This document shows positions 48,928 through 59,200 of a stretch of 64,000 nt of DNA, one piece after another; the first letter of the stretch is position 1, and every line of letters begins with the position of its first letter. This DNA comes from an uncultured delta proteobacterium (GTDB taxonomy: Bacteria; Myxococcota_A; Polyangia; Haliangiales; Haliangiaceae), in contig CAWKDB010000004.1 in the NCBI GenBank assembly GCA_963848295.1, forward strand, positions 64,001 through 128,000. Reading direction: 5' to 3'. The translations under genes were made by a program, and so were the position numbers. The notes beneath the pieces are model-generated. The model did not search any database. It saw nothing but the letters and a program-made list of their open reading frames with translations, and was not told the DNA's origin.

Positions 48928-51924
48928 ATGCGTCTCTCCCCGTTGCTCGTCCTCTTGACCCTAGGCATCGCCGCGGGCGCCGCTCGCGCCGATACCGGCG
49001 TCGGGAACGCGTGGCACATCCCGACCGGCGCGGAGCCGGGGATCGCCACGATGCGCGGCCCGGTCCACGGCATCGTCGCCGGCACCGCGGTCAGCGTGTA
49101 CAGCGGCAATCAGTTTCAGGGTGCCGGCAACGCCGGCAACCAGCTCCAGACCGGCAGCGCGGTGATCTACAAGCACCTCGCCGACGCGAGCTGGACGAGC
49201 GCGCCGATGACGTTCGTCTCGCAGAGCGGCAACAACAAGTACTTCGTCGCGACGATCCCGGGCACCGCGCTGAGCTCGGGCGACGTCATCGAGTATTACC
49301 TGCAGATCGCGTACAGCGATCACGCGACGACGTTCCTGTTCGGCGGCGACGACGGCTCGCAGGCGACGCTCGACGAAGCGACCGCGCGAGCCGGCGCGTT
49401 CGCGTTCGGGGTCGAGTGGCCGCTCGCGCCGAGCGGTGACGCCGCCGAGGCCTCGAGCGGGGTGTGGCAGGCCAAGCTCTACACCGCGTCGGGCCACATC
49501 GGCCTCGTGCAAGCCCGCGGCACCGAGATCGATCTCGCGCCGCCGAGCGCGAAGCTCGCCGACAATTGGCTGCCGATCGGCGCCGTTGTCAACCAGTCGG
49601 CGCTCAGCGATGGCTTGCAGCTCGAGCAGACCTGGGGAACGCGCACGGTCACCGCGCAGCTCCGGTTCACGGCCGAAGGCGTACTGCACTACGAGGTCAC
49701 CGACTGGGGCGGCAGCGCGCCGACCGAGACCCAGATCGCGGCAGCGAGCACGAGCGACGAGCACTTCTACGGCTTCGGCGAGAAGTTCGACGGCCTCGAT
49801 CAAGCCGGCAAGTCGGTCCACATCTTGACGACGGATCATCCGGGCGCGAAGGGCGATAACTCGTACGCGGTCGCGCCGTGGTTCATCAGCAGCCACGGCT
49901 ATGGCTTTCAGCTCGACTCGACCGCCGAGGCGCAGCTCGACATGCGAGCCTCCGCCGCCGATCGGTTCACCGCGCATCTGTCGTTCGGCAAGCTCGCGAT
50001 CAACCTCGTCGGTGGCCCGGCGCCGCGCGACGTGCTGACGCGCTACACCGGCTACGCCGGTCGAGCCGCGTTGCCGCCGGCGTGGGCGTTCGGCCCGTGG
50101 ATCTCGTCGGACGTCTGGCACGACGGCGGCGAGGTTCGCTACGTCGTGACCAAGGAGCTCCAGCTCGGCATTCCCGCGTCGGTGTTCGTGTTCGATTCGC
50201 CGTGGGAGCTCGCCTACAACGACTTTCAATGGAACATGACGCAGTTCTCGGCGGGCGGGACGTTCGAAGGTCAGGCGTACGCCGGGTTCGCGTCGGCCGC
50301 CGACATGCTCGCGTTCCTGCGCGCGAGTGGTCTGCGCGTCGTCGTGTGGCTCACGCCGTTCGTCGACACGTCGTCGTACGACGAAGGCATCGCGGGCGCG
50401 AACCTCGGCCAGGCCTCGACCTACGATGCGGCTGCGAGCAACGGCTTCTTCGTGCGATCGAGCCCCGGCGGCGCGCCGCTCGTCACGACGTGGTGGAAGG
50501 GCGTGGGCAGCCCGGTCGACTTCACGAACCCGGCGGCGGCGTCGTGGTTCACGCAGCAGCTCCAGCAGGTGGTCAGCGACAGCAACGGCACGATCGGCGG
50601 GTTCAAGACCGACGACGGCGAAGCCGACTACATCCCGCTGACCGCGAGCTACGCCGACGGCCGTACCGGCGTCGAGATGAAGAACGGGTTTTGCGTCGAA
50701 TATCTCAAGGCGGTGTGGAACGTGCTCGGCAGCGACGGCCTGGTGTTCGCGCGCAGCGGCTTCACCGGCACGCAGGCGTATCCCGGCATGTGGGCCGGCG
50801 ACAACGAGCCGAACTTCGGCACCGACAACGGCTTGCCGACCGTCGTGTCGGCCGGGATGTCGGCGGCGATGTCGGGCTACGCGATCTGGGGCAGCGATAT
50901 CGGCGGCTATCAAGACGTCAACCCGAGCTCGACGCCCGAAGATCTGTTCATGCGCTGGACCCAGTTCGGCGCGCTGTCGCCGGTGATGCAGATGCATCGC
51001 CAAGTCACCGCGGGCAAGCAGTATCCGTGGAGCTACGGCGACGCGGCGCTCGCGAACTTCAAGGCCTACGCGCAGCTGCACACGACGCTGTTCCCGTATC
51101 TATATTCCGCTGCGAAGCAAGCGACGGTCGACGGCATCCCGGTGATGCAGCCGCTACCGCTGGTCGCCCCTGGCGATGCGACCGCTGCGACGATCGGCGA
51201 CGAGTACATGCTCGGCGATGCGCTGCTCGTCGCGCCGGTGATCACGCAGAGCGTGACGACGCGCTCGGTGTATCTGCCGGCGGGCGGTTGGTTCGATTTC
51301 TGGACGAACGCCCACGTCGATGGCGGCCAGACCGTCACGTGGACCGGCACCGACTCGACGCAGACGCCGATCTACGTCAAGGACGGCGGTATCGTCACGC
51401 GGCTGCCGCCCGGTGTGCAGTCGCTCAACGATGCGACCTATGTCGGTAATGCGGCGATCGCGACGAGCGACGGCTCGCTCGACTTTCTGGTGTACCCGGC
51501 TGGCAGCTCCGAGGCGACGCTGTACGACGGCACGACGCTGACGTCGAACGCGAGTGACAGCACGACGACGCTGACGCTGACCGGTGGGACTCGTGGCGTG
51601 ACGTTCGAGGTCTACTCCTCGGCGCATCCCACCGGCGTGCTGCGCGATGGCGCGACGCTGCCCGAGGTTGCGCCCGGAGCGCTCGTCGCCGATTCGTGGT
51701 CCTATGACGGCACGTTCGTGAACATCGCGCTGTCGAGCGCGACGACGACGACGCTCGTGCTCGACGGCACCGCGGGCCCTGGCAAGGGCGACGGCGACGA
51801 CTCGGCGACGACACCGGGCGGATGCGGCGGATGCGCGACCGGCGGCAGCGGCGGTGCGGGTTGGCTCGCGCTCGTCGCGGTGGTCGCGGGCTCGCTCCGA
51901 CGGCGCCGGCGGCGTAACGTCTGA
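48928..51924 (+). CDS. Secreted GH31 alpha-glycosidase with N-terminal beta-sandwich and MYXO-CTERM-type tail, 998 aa
   Basis: Signal peptide; FYGFGEKF, FKTDDGE nucleophile, WAGDN acid/base, WGSDIGG, RWTQFG, YMLGDALLVAP; GGCGGC + hydrophobic helix + RRRRRR tail. Confidence 0.9.
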   Translation: MRLSPLLVLLTLGIAAGAARADTGVGNAWHIPTGAEPGIATMRGPVHGIVAGTAVSVYSGNQFQGAGNAGNQLQTGSAVIYKHLADASWTSAPMTFVSQSGNNKYFVATIPGTALSSGDVIEYYLQIAYSDHATTFLFGGDDGSQATLDEATARAGAFAFGVEWPLAPSGDAAEASSGVWQAKLYTASGHIGLVQARGTEIDLAPPSAKLADNWLPIGAVVNQSALSDGLQLEQTWGTRTVTAQLRFTAEGVLHYEVTDWGGSAPTETQIAAASTSDEHFYGFGEKFDGLDQAGKSVHILTTDHPGAKGDNSYAVAPWFISSHGYGFQLDSTAEAQLDMRASAADRFTAHLSFGKLAINLVGGPAPRDVLTRYTGYAGRAALPPAWAFGPWISSDVWHDGGEVRYVVTKELQLGIPASVFVFDSPWELAYNDFQWNMTQFSAGGTFEGQAYAGFASAADMLAFLRASGLRVVVWLTPFVDTSSYDEGIAGANLGQASTYDAAASNGFFVRSSPGGAPLVTTWWKGVGSPVDFTNPAAASWFTQQLQQVVSDSNGTIGGFKTDDGEADYIPLTASYADGRTGVEMKNGFCVEYLKAVWNVLGSDGLVFARSGFTGTQAYPGMWAGDNEPNFGTDNGLPTVVSAGMSAAMSGYAIWGSDIGGYQDVNPSSTPEDLFMRWTQFGALSPVMQMHRQVTAGKQYPWSYGDAALANFKAYAQLHTTLFPYLYSAAKQATVDGIPVMQPLPLVAPGDATAATIGDEYMLGDALLVAPVITQSVTTRSVYLPAGGWFDFWTNAHVDGGQTVTWTGTDSTQTPIYVKDGGIVTRLPPGVQSLNDATYVGNAAIATSDGSLDFLVYPAGSSEATLYDGTTLTSNASDSTTTLTLTGGTRGVTFEVYSSAHPTGVLRDGATLPEVAPGALVADSWSYDGTFVNIALSSATTTTLVLDGTAGPGKGDGDDSATTPGGCGGCATGGSGGAGWLALVAVVAGSLRRRRRRNV

Positions 51925-51926
51925 GC

Positions 51927-53045
51927 ATGCAGCTCGCGTCGTCCGACGGTCGGGTCGCCGAGCTCGGGTATTGCTACAACGTGCTGCCGGGCGAGAGCGT
52001 CGCGGCGCTCGTCGACCAGCTCCGGCGGATCTGCGGCCCGGTCCGCGCGCGGCTCGGCGTCGCCCGGCTCGGGGTGGGGTTGTGGATCGCGCGCGATGCC
52101 GCGACCGAGCTCGTCCGCGATCCAACGGCGCGGCGTCGGCTCGCGAGCGCGCTCGCCGCGGAGCAGCTGTACTGCTTCACGCTCAACGGTTTTCCATACG
52201 GCGGGTTTCACGCGCCGCGGGTCAAGGAGCAGGTGTTCGAGCCGAGCTGGGCGCAACCGGCGCGGGTCGACTACACGCTCGATCTCGCGCTGATCCTCGC
52301 CGAGTTGCTGCCCGATGACGTCGAGGCCGGCTCGATCTCGACCGTGCCGATCGGTTCGGCGCAGACCGATCGCGCGGCGGCTCGCGACGGCCTGGCGCGC
52401 GCCGCCGACGGGCTCGAAGCGATCGCGCGACGCACGGGGCGGCGGATCGAGCTCGCGGTCGAGCCCGAGCCCGGTGCTGGCTTCGAGCGCGCGACCGAGC
52501 TCGCGACGTATCTGCGCGGCTCGAGCATCGCCGTGTGCTTCGACTGCTGTCACGCCGCAGTGGTCGGTGAGGATCCCGCGACGGCGTTGCACGCCATGGC
52601 TGATGCGGGCGTGCGCTGCGCGAAGATCCAGATCTCGAGCGCGCTGGTCGCTCGCGAGCCAGAGCGCGAGGCGCCGGCGCTCGCCGCACTCGCCGAGCCG
52701 CGTTACTTCCATCAAGTGCGCAGCGATCGCGGCGGCGCGATGGATCTACCCGACGCGCTCGCCACGCTCGATCGCGGCTCGCCGTGGCGCATCCACTTCC
52801 ACGTACCGGTGCATCGCGCCGAGCTCGCCGGGTTCGCGACGACCCGCGAGGCGATCGCGCCGGTGCTCGCCGCGGCGCTCGCGATGCCGGGGCCGTTGCC
52901 GCACCTCGAGGTCGAGACGTACACGTGGGGCGTGCTTCCGACCGCGGATCGCGCGACCGGCGATGGCGCGCTCGTCGACGGCATCGCGCACGAGCTGCGC
53001 TGGGCGATCGCGGAGCTCGCGACACATGGGGTGCACCCGCGATGA
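51927..53045 (+). CDS. eboE: EboE, xylose-isomerase-like TIM barrel
   Basis: YC.NV.PGE, TLNGFPYGGFH..VKEQV, GSISTVP, EPEPG, RYFHQ, WRIHFHVP, HLEVETYTW. Confidence 0.9.
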   Translation: MQLASSDGRVAELGYCYNVLPGESVAALVDQLRRICGPVRARLGVARLGVGLWIARDAATELVRDPTARRRLASALAAEQLYCFTLNGFPYGGFHAPRVKEQVFEPSWAQPARVDYTLDLALILAELLPDDVEAGSISTVPIGSAQTDRAAARDGLARAADGLEAIARRTGRRIELAVEPEPGAGFERATELATYLRGSSIAVCFDCCHAAVVGEDPATALHAMADAGVRCAKIQISSALVAREPEREAPALAALAEPRYFHQVRSDRGGAMDLPDALATLDRGSPWRIHFHVPVHRAELAGFATTREAIAPVLAAALAMPGPLPHLEVETYTWGVLPTADRATGDGALVDGIAHELRWAIAELATHGVHPR

Positions 53046-54403
53046 CCAAGCTCGCGATCATCGACATCGTCGGGCTGACCCCGAAGCTGCTCGCGCACAT
53101 GCCGCGCGTTGCCGCGGTCGCGACCGGCGGGTTTCGCGCCGAGCTCGGCACGGTGCTGCCCGCGGTGACTTGCTCGGTGCAGTCGACACTGCTGACCGGG
53201 ACGCTGCCGCGCGATCACGGCGTCGTCGGCAACGGCTGGTTGTTTCGCGATCAGTCCGAGATCTGGTTGTGGCGCCAGTCGAACAAGCTCGTCGCCGGCG
53301 AAAAACTATGGGACGCCGCGCGCCGCGTGCTCGGGCGCGACGTGACCTGCGCGAACCTGTGCTGGTGGTACGCGATGGGCTCGACCGCCGACATCGCGGT
53401 GACGCCGCGGCCGGTCTACTACGCCGATGGCCGCAAGGCGCCGGGCGCGTACACCCAGCCGGCGAGCGTCGGCGCGGATCTGGTCAAGCACCTCGGCGAG
53501 TTCCCGCTGTTTCAGTTTTGGGGCCCGGGCGCGGGCCTGGCGTCGTCGGCGTGGATCGCCGCCGCGGCGCGCCGCGTGTTCGATGCGCACCATCCCGACC
53601 TCTCGCTCGTCTACCTGCCGCACCTCGACTACGACTTGCAGCGCTATGGCTCGAGCGGACCGGAGGCGATTCGCGCGGCGATCGAGCTCGATGTCGTCGC
53701 CGGCGAGCTGATCGATTACTTTCGCGCGCGAGACGTCACGGTCGTCGTGTTGTCGGAGTACGGCATCACCGACGTCGCGCGGCCGGTCCACGTCAACCGC
53801 CGGTTGCGCGAAGCGGGCCTGCTCGACGTCGCGTGGAACGACGCGGGCGAATTGCTCGATACGTTCACCTCCCGCGCGTTCGCGGTCGCCGATCATCAAG
53901 TCGCCCATGTCTATACGTCGGACCCGGACGCGACGGCCGCCGCCCGCGCCGCGCTCGCCGATCTCCCGGGCATCGCCGAGATCCTCGACGACGACGGCAA
54001 GCGCGCCGCCGGGCTCGATCATCCGCGCGCCGGCGAGCTCGTGCTCGTCGCCGAGCCCGACGCGTGGTTCACGTACTACTACTGGCTCGACGATCTCCGC
54101 GCGCCCGACTTCGCGCCGACCGTCGAGATCCATCGCAAGCCTGGGTACGATCCGGCCGAGCTGCTGTTCGCCGATGGCAAGGCGAAGGCGCGCGCGGTGT
54201 TGCGGCTCGCACAGAAGGCGCTCGGCTTTCGCTACGTGATGGACGTCATCCCGATCGACGGCGATCGCGTCCGCGGCTCGCACGGCCGGATCCCGGCGAC
54301 GCCCGACGACGGCCCGGTCCTGCTGTGCAGCGATCCGCGGTTCGCGCGCGCGAAGCTCGACGCGACCGACGTGATGGAGCTCGCGCTCGATCTGATGCGC
54401 TGA
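53042..54403 (+). CDS. eboF: EboF, alkaline phosphatase/nucleotide pyrophosphatase superfamily
   Basis: DIVGLT, PAVTCSVQS, HGVVGNGW, YLPHLDYDLQR, SEYGI, DHQVAH, IHRKPGYDP, GSHG. Confidence 0.9.
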   Translation: MTKLAIIDIVGLTPKLLAHMPRVAAVATGGFRAELGTVLPAVTCSVQSTLLTGTLPRDHGVVGNGWLFRDQSEIWLWRQSNKLVAGEKLWDAARRVLGRDVTCANLCWWYAMGSTADIAVTPRPVYYADGRKAPGAYTQPASVGADLVKHLGEFPLFQFWGPGAGLASSAWIAAAARRVFDAHHPDLSLVYLPHLDYDLQRYGSSGPEAIRAAIELDVVAGELIDYFRARDVTVVVLSEYGITDVARPVHVNRRLREAGLLDVAWNDAGELLDTFTSRAFAVADHQVAHVYTSDPDATAAARAALADLPGIAEILDDDGKRAAGLDHPRAGELVLVAEPDAWFTYYYWLDDLRAPDFAPTVEIHRKPGYDPAELLFADGKAKARAVLRLAQKALGFRYVMDVIPIDGDRVRGSHGRIPATPDDGPVLLCSDPRFARAKLDATDVMELALDLMR

Positions 54404-54408
54404 GCGCG

Positions 54409-55293
54409 TCAGGTCGGCGAGAAGAACTGCTTGAGCAACAGCGCTGGAAACACGAGCAACGCGACGGTCAGCGCCCAGAACGGCTCGCCGGCGACGGCGC
54501 AGACCGCCGCGTCGATCACCGGGATCAGCATGATGCCGCCGCCGATCGCGCGCCCGGTCGACCGGCCGTCGTGGCGATACCACACCGGCGACCAGTTCAG
54601 CCAACCGAGCGCGAGCGCGAGCGCGATCCACGGCCACGCCCAGCGCGTCGCGGGAATGCCCGGCGCGGTGACCAGCGCGATCACGACGGTGATCGCGAGC
54701 ACCGCGAGGAACGCGAGCCCGGTCCGCGCCCGCCGCCTCGTGTTGCCGTCGACCTCGTCGCGCGCGATGTACGTCAAGCCGGTCACGTAGAGCGCGAGCA
54801 CGATCGGGCCGGCGAGCGCGATCGGCGGCCACGCGGCGGACAGCGACAGCCCGGTCGAGATCGCGAGCGCGAGATCCAGCCCGCGGCACGCGCCCATGAC
54901 GAGCGGACCGATCGGCGTTGCCTTCGCGCCGGCGTCGTAGACCAGGATGCACGCGGCCAGCACGACCGCGAGCGTGCCGGGTGCGCGGCCGATCCACGCC
55001 GCGATCAGGATGCCGGCGGCCATGAGGCCCGCGCCGAGCAGCGCCGCGGTCGCGACCGAGACCGCGCCGCTCGGGATCGGCCGGGTCGGACGCTCGCGGG
55101 CGTCGATCTCGCGATCGAGCACGTCGTTGAGCACGATGCCGGCGAGGTACAGGCAGCCCGACGCGAGCAGGATCGCGCAACCGCGGTCCGGCACCGCGAT
55201 GCCGAGCGCGAGCAACACGACCAGACCGGCGAGCGCATCGGCGAACGCGGTGAACAGGTTTGGCGGGCGAAGCAAGGCGAGCAAGCTCGTCAT
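54409..55293 (-). CDS. eboC: EboC-like UbiA family prenyltransferase
   Basis: RPPNLFTA.AD, LNDVLDREIDARERPTRPIPSG, YD..K, MGACRG; TGATG overlap with the upstream gene. Confidence 0.85.
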   Translation of the reverse strand: MTSLLALLRPPNLFTAFADALAGLVVLLALGIAVPDRGCAILLASGCLYLAGIVLNDVLDREIDARERPTRPIPSGAVSVATAALLGAGLMAAGILIAAWIGRAPGTLAVVLAACILVYDAGAKATPIGPLVMGACRGLDLALAISTGLSLSAAWPPIALAGPIVLALYVTGLTYIARDEVDGNTRRRARTGLAFLAVLAITVVIALVTAPGIPATRWAWPWIALALALGWLNWSPVWYRHDGRSTGRAIGGGIMLIPVIDAAVCAVAGEPFWALTVALLVFPALLLKQFFSPT

Positions 55294-56207
55294 CACGGCT
55301 TCTTCGCCGGCGCTGCCGCCTCGTCCTGAAGCGACGCCGGCAACGGAGGCAGCTCGTTGATCGCCGGCAACAGCACGATCTCGATGCGGCGGTTCTTCTG
55401 CCGTCCGTCCGCGGTGGTGTTCGCCGCGATCGGATCATGCTCGCCGACGCCCGCGGGGATCAGGTTCTTCGCGTCCATGCCGGCGGTCACCAGCACGCGC
55501 GTCACGGTCAGCGCGCGCTCGGTCGACAGCTCCCAGTTGTCCTTCGGCACGCACGCGGCCGCCGCGGCGTCGTTCGCCTTCGGCTTCGCGAAGTCTTGAT
55601 TGTCGGTGTGGCCGACGACGAGGAACCGGCGATCCGCGAACTTCTTCAGCACCGCCGCGACCTCGACGACGGCGTACTCGCCCTGCTTCGACAGCACGCT
55701 CGATCCCGAAGGGAACAGGACCTCGGACGGCAGCGATACGACCAGCGCACCGCGCCGCGCCACGACGCGCAGCTGACCGGTATCGATCATCTTCGCGAAC
55801 TGCTTCTGGATGTCGTCGATCGCGGCCATCCGCTTGTCGGCCTCGGCTTTCTGCGCGCGGAGCTGGGTCAGCTCGTCCTTCGTCGCGTTGAAGTTCTTCG
55901 CGAGATCACCGCTCTGACTCTCGAGCCCGCTCGCCTTGCTCGTCTCGGTCGCGAGCGCGGTCTTGCACTCGCTCGCTTGCTTCGCGGCCGTCGCGCTCTG
56001 GGCTTGCGCGCTCGTCAGACTCTTCGCGCATTCGCCTTGGTCGTCGGCGGCCTGGTGCGCGGCCTGGCGGTAAGTCCATGCGAAGTAGCCGCCGGCACCC
56101 GCGGCGCCGGTGACGATGATCGCGTAGAGCCAGAGCCGCCACGGGAACCGGCGGGGCGGTTTGGCGAACCTGTCGGTAGCGGGTACGGCGGGCGGACGTT
56201 GGGCCAT
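55293..56207 (-). CDS. MotB/OmpA-family peptidoglycan-binding protein (TM + coiled coil + OmpA C-terminal domain)
   Basis: VLFPSGS, VVGHTDN, NWELSTERA, NRRIEI; AGGAGG SD. Confidence 0.88.
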   Translation of the reverse strand: MAQRPPAVPATDRFAKPPRRFPWRLWLYAIIVTGAAGAGGYFAWTYRQAAHQAADDQGECAKSLTSAQAQSATAAKQASECKTALATETSKASGLESQSGDLAKNFNATKDELTQLRAQKAEADKRMAAIDDIQKQFAKMIDTGQLRVVARRGALVVSLPSEVLFPSGSSVLSKQGEYAVVEVAAVLKKFADRRFLVVGHTDNQDFAKPKANDAAAAACVPKDNWELSTERALTVTRVLVTAGMDAKNLIPAGVGEHDPIAANTTADGRQKNRRIEIVLLPAINELPPLPASLQDEAAAPAKKP

Positions 56208-56251
56208 GGCGCCTCCTCGCCTGACGATACCGTCGTTAGCGGCCGGCGTCG

Positions 56252-59200
56252 CTACCCGCCGGCAGGTCGGTGGAGCTCGACGAGCAAGCCGGTACAGCCA
56301 TCGGTGACCTGCACCGTTGCGTCGTCGATCGCGGCCACGCCGGTGAGACAGCGCGTCACGCTCGCGGGGAACGTGTCGCGCGGCTGCGCGCCGTAGATCG
56401 TGCGCACGGTTCCGGAGCCGTCGACCACGCCGCTGGGGTCCGCCGCGAGCTGCCGCACCGTCGAGGTCGAGCTCGTGTAAACGTTGCCAAGCGCGTCGCA
56501 GCTGAGGCCGCGCGGGGCATCGACGGGGAACGTCGCGGCGGGGCCGCCATCGCCCGACGAGTCGGCGACGCCGTTGCCGAGCACGGTCGAGATCACACTG
56601 TGGGAGTCGATCCGCCGGATCCGGTGATTGCCCGTGTCGGCGATGAACAGGTCACCGTCAGGGCACACCGCGATCGCCTGAGGCTGGTAGAGCAGGGCGT
56701 TGGTCGCAGCGCCACCGTCGCCATCGTACCCGAGCGTCGCCGGTGTGCCGGCGATCGTAGCGATGGTGCTCGCGCCGAGATCGATCGCGCGGATCACGTG
56801 GTTGCCGGTGTCGGCGACGTAGAGCCGATGCGTGGCCGCGTCGAGATAGAGCCCGGTGGGCGAGCGAAACATCGCGGTGGCGACGGCGCCGTCGGCGAAA
56901 CCGGTCGCGCCCGCGGTGTTCGCGAACGGCGCGATCGTCCACGTATCGGCGTCGTTCGGGTCGACCACGGTGATCGCGTCGATGCGATTCGTCGACGACT
57001 CGACGACATAGAGCACACTCGCCGCCGCATCGAAGGCGATACCGGAGACGGTTCCGAAGCTCGAAGCGCGAAACCGCGCGAGCTGCCCGGTCGCGGTGCC
57101 TTGGGGATAGCGCCCGGCGATCACTGCGACCACCGAGGTCGTCGTCCCGAGACCTTCGACCGTGCCGCTGATCCCGCCGGCGATCAGGGTCTCGGGCAAC
57201 CCCGGACCGGCGATCAGCGCCTGCGGGTTCGCGAGGTGGGCCTGCGCGATCGGGCCCGTGCCCTCGGGATCGACCTGGCCGGCCACCGTGTCGATGATGC
57301 CGGTCGCGGGATCGACGCGGCGAATCCTCTGGTTCTCGTAGTCGGCCACATAGATCGCGCCGGTCGCGTCGATCGCGACGTCCTGCGGCGAGAACAACGA
57401 GGCCGAGGTGGCGAGCCCACCGTCCCCGATGAACGAATACTGGCCGCCACCGCCGACGACGGTCGTGATGATGTTGGTGGTCGCGTCGAGGCGCCGGATC
57501 TTGTCGCTGTACGAGGCGCAGATGTAGGCGTTTCCCGCCGCATCGACCGCGACGCACGACGGGTGATCGACCTGCGCCGCGGTTCCGGGCCCGCCGTCGC
57601 CCATCGACCCCTGGGTCCCGAGGCCCGCGACGGTCGAGATCAGGCCGGCGGCAGTCACCCGGCGCACACGGTTGTTGTCGTTGTCGGCGATCCAGAGATT
57701 TCCGGCGCTATCGACCGCGATCCCGAGCGGGTAGTTCAGCATCGCGCTCGTCGCCGCGACGTTCTCACCCGCGTAGCCTGCGGTTCCGTTGCCGGCCACG
57801 GTCGAGATCACGCCGGTCGTCGCGTCGACGCGGCGGATCCGCTGGTTGCTCGAGTCCGAGATGAAGATATTGCCGTGGCCGTCGATCGCGAGGCCGACCG
57901 GCCCGTCGAGCGCAGCGCTGGTCGCCGGACCGCCGTCGCCGGAGAACCCGGTCGTGCCGTTGCCGGCGACGGTCGTGATGATCGAGGTCACCGCGTCCAC
58001 CCGGCGGACGAGATCGTTGTCGAGGTCGACGAAGTAGAGGTTGCCGGCGGCATCGAAGCGGACGCTGATCGGCTCACCGGCGTTGGCGTCGACCGCGAGC
58101 CCGCCATCGCCGAGCGTGGCAAAGAGGTCGCCGCCGGCGATCGTCGAGATCACGCCGGTCGCCGGGTCGACGCTGCGAACCCGGCTGTTGCCGGAGTCCG
58201 CGACCGCGATATCGCCGGCCGCGTTCACCGCGATGCTCGTGGGATAACTCAACGGTGCGGCGGTCGCGGCGCCACCGTCGCCGGAGTAACCGCGCGAGCC
58301 CGTGCCGGCCGCGGTCGCGATCACGCCCGACGGGCTGACCTCGCGGACGCGCTGGTTGTTGCCGTCCGCGATGAACATGTTGCCGGCGGAATCGACCGCG
58401 ACGCTGAAGGCCGAGATCGCTGCTGCGGTCGCGAGACCGCCGTCGCCACCGAACCCGGTCGCGTTGCTACCCGCGACGGTCGAGATCAGGTGTGTGGTCG
58501 CGTCCACTCGACGGATGCGGGAGTTGCCGTAGTCGGCGATATAGAGATTGCCCGCGCGGTCGAGCGCGATGCCCTGCGGGTTCTGGAGCTGCGCCGCGGT
58601 CGCCGGACCGTTGTCTCCGGAGAACCCGGCCGTACCGATGCCCGCGTACGTCGTGATGATGCCGGTCGCTGCGTCGACGCGTCGGACGCGATGACCGTAC
58701 TGCTCGGACACGAACATGTTGCCCGCCGCGTCGAACACGACGCCGTAGGGCGAGCTCACGGTCGCGGCGGTCGCGACGCCGCCATCACCGGCCGAGGCGC
58801 CGTTGCCGACGCCGACGACGGTGCTGATCAACCCGGTGTCGACATCGACGCGGCGAACCCGGCCGTTCTGCGTATCGGCGATGTAGAGATCTCCGAGGCC
58901 GTCGACCGCGACTCCGAAAGGATGCCACAACGACGCACTCGTCGCCGGGACACCGTCGCCCGAGACGAACGCATGGTCGTCGTCGCCGGCGACCGTCGTG
59001 ATGATCCCGGTGATCGCATCGATCCGGCGGATGCGATTGTTGCCGTTGTCGGCGACGAAGATGTTGCCGAGCCCGTCGACGGCGAGCGCCGCGGCATACG
59101 CGAACTGCGCGTAGATCGCAGGGCCACCGTCGCCGGCGAATCCGTCGACGCCGCTGCCCGCGACGGTCGTGACCACGCCGGTCGCCGCGTCGATCCGGAG

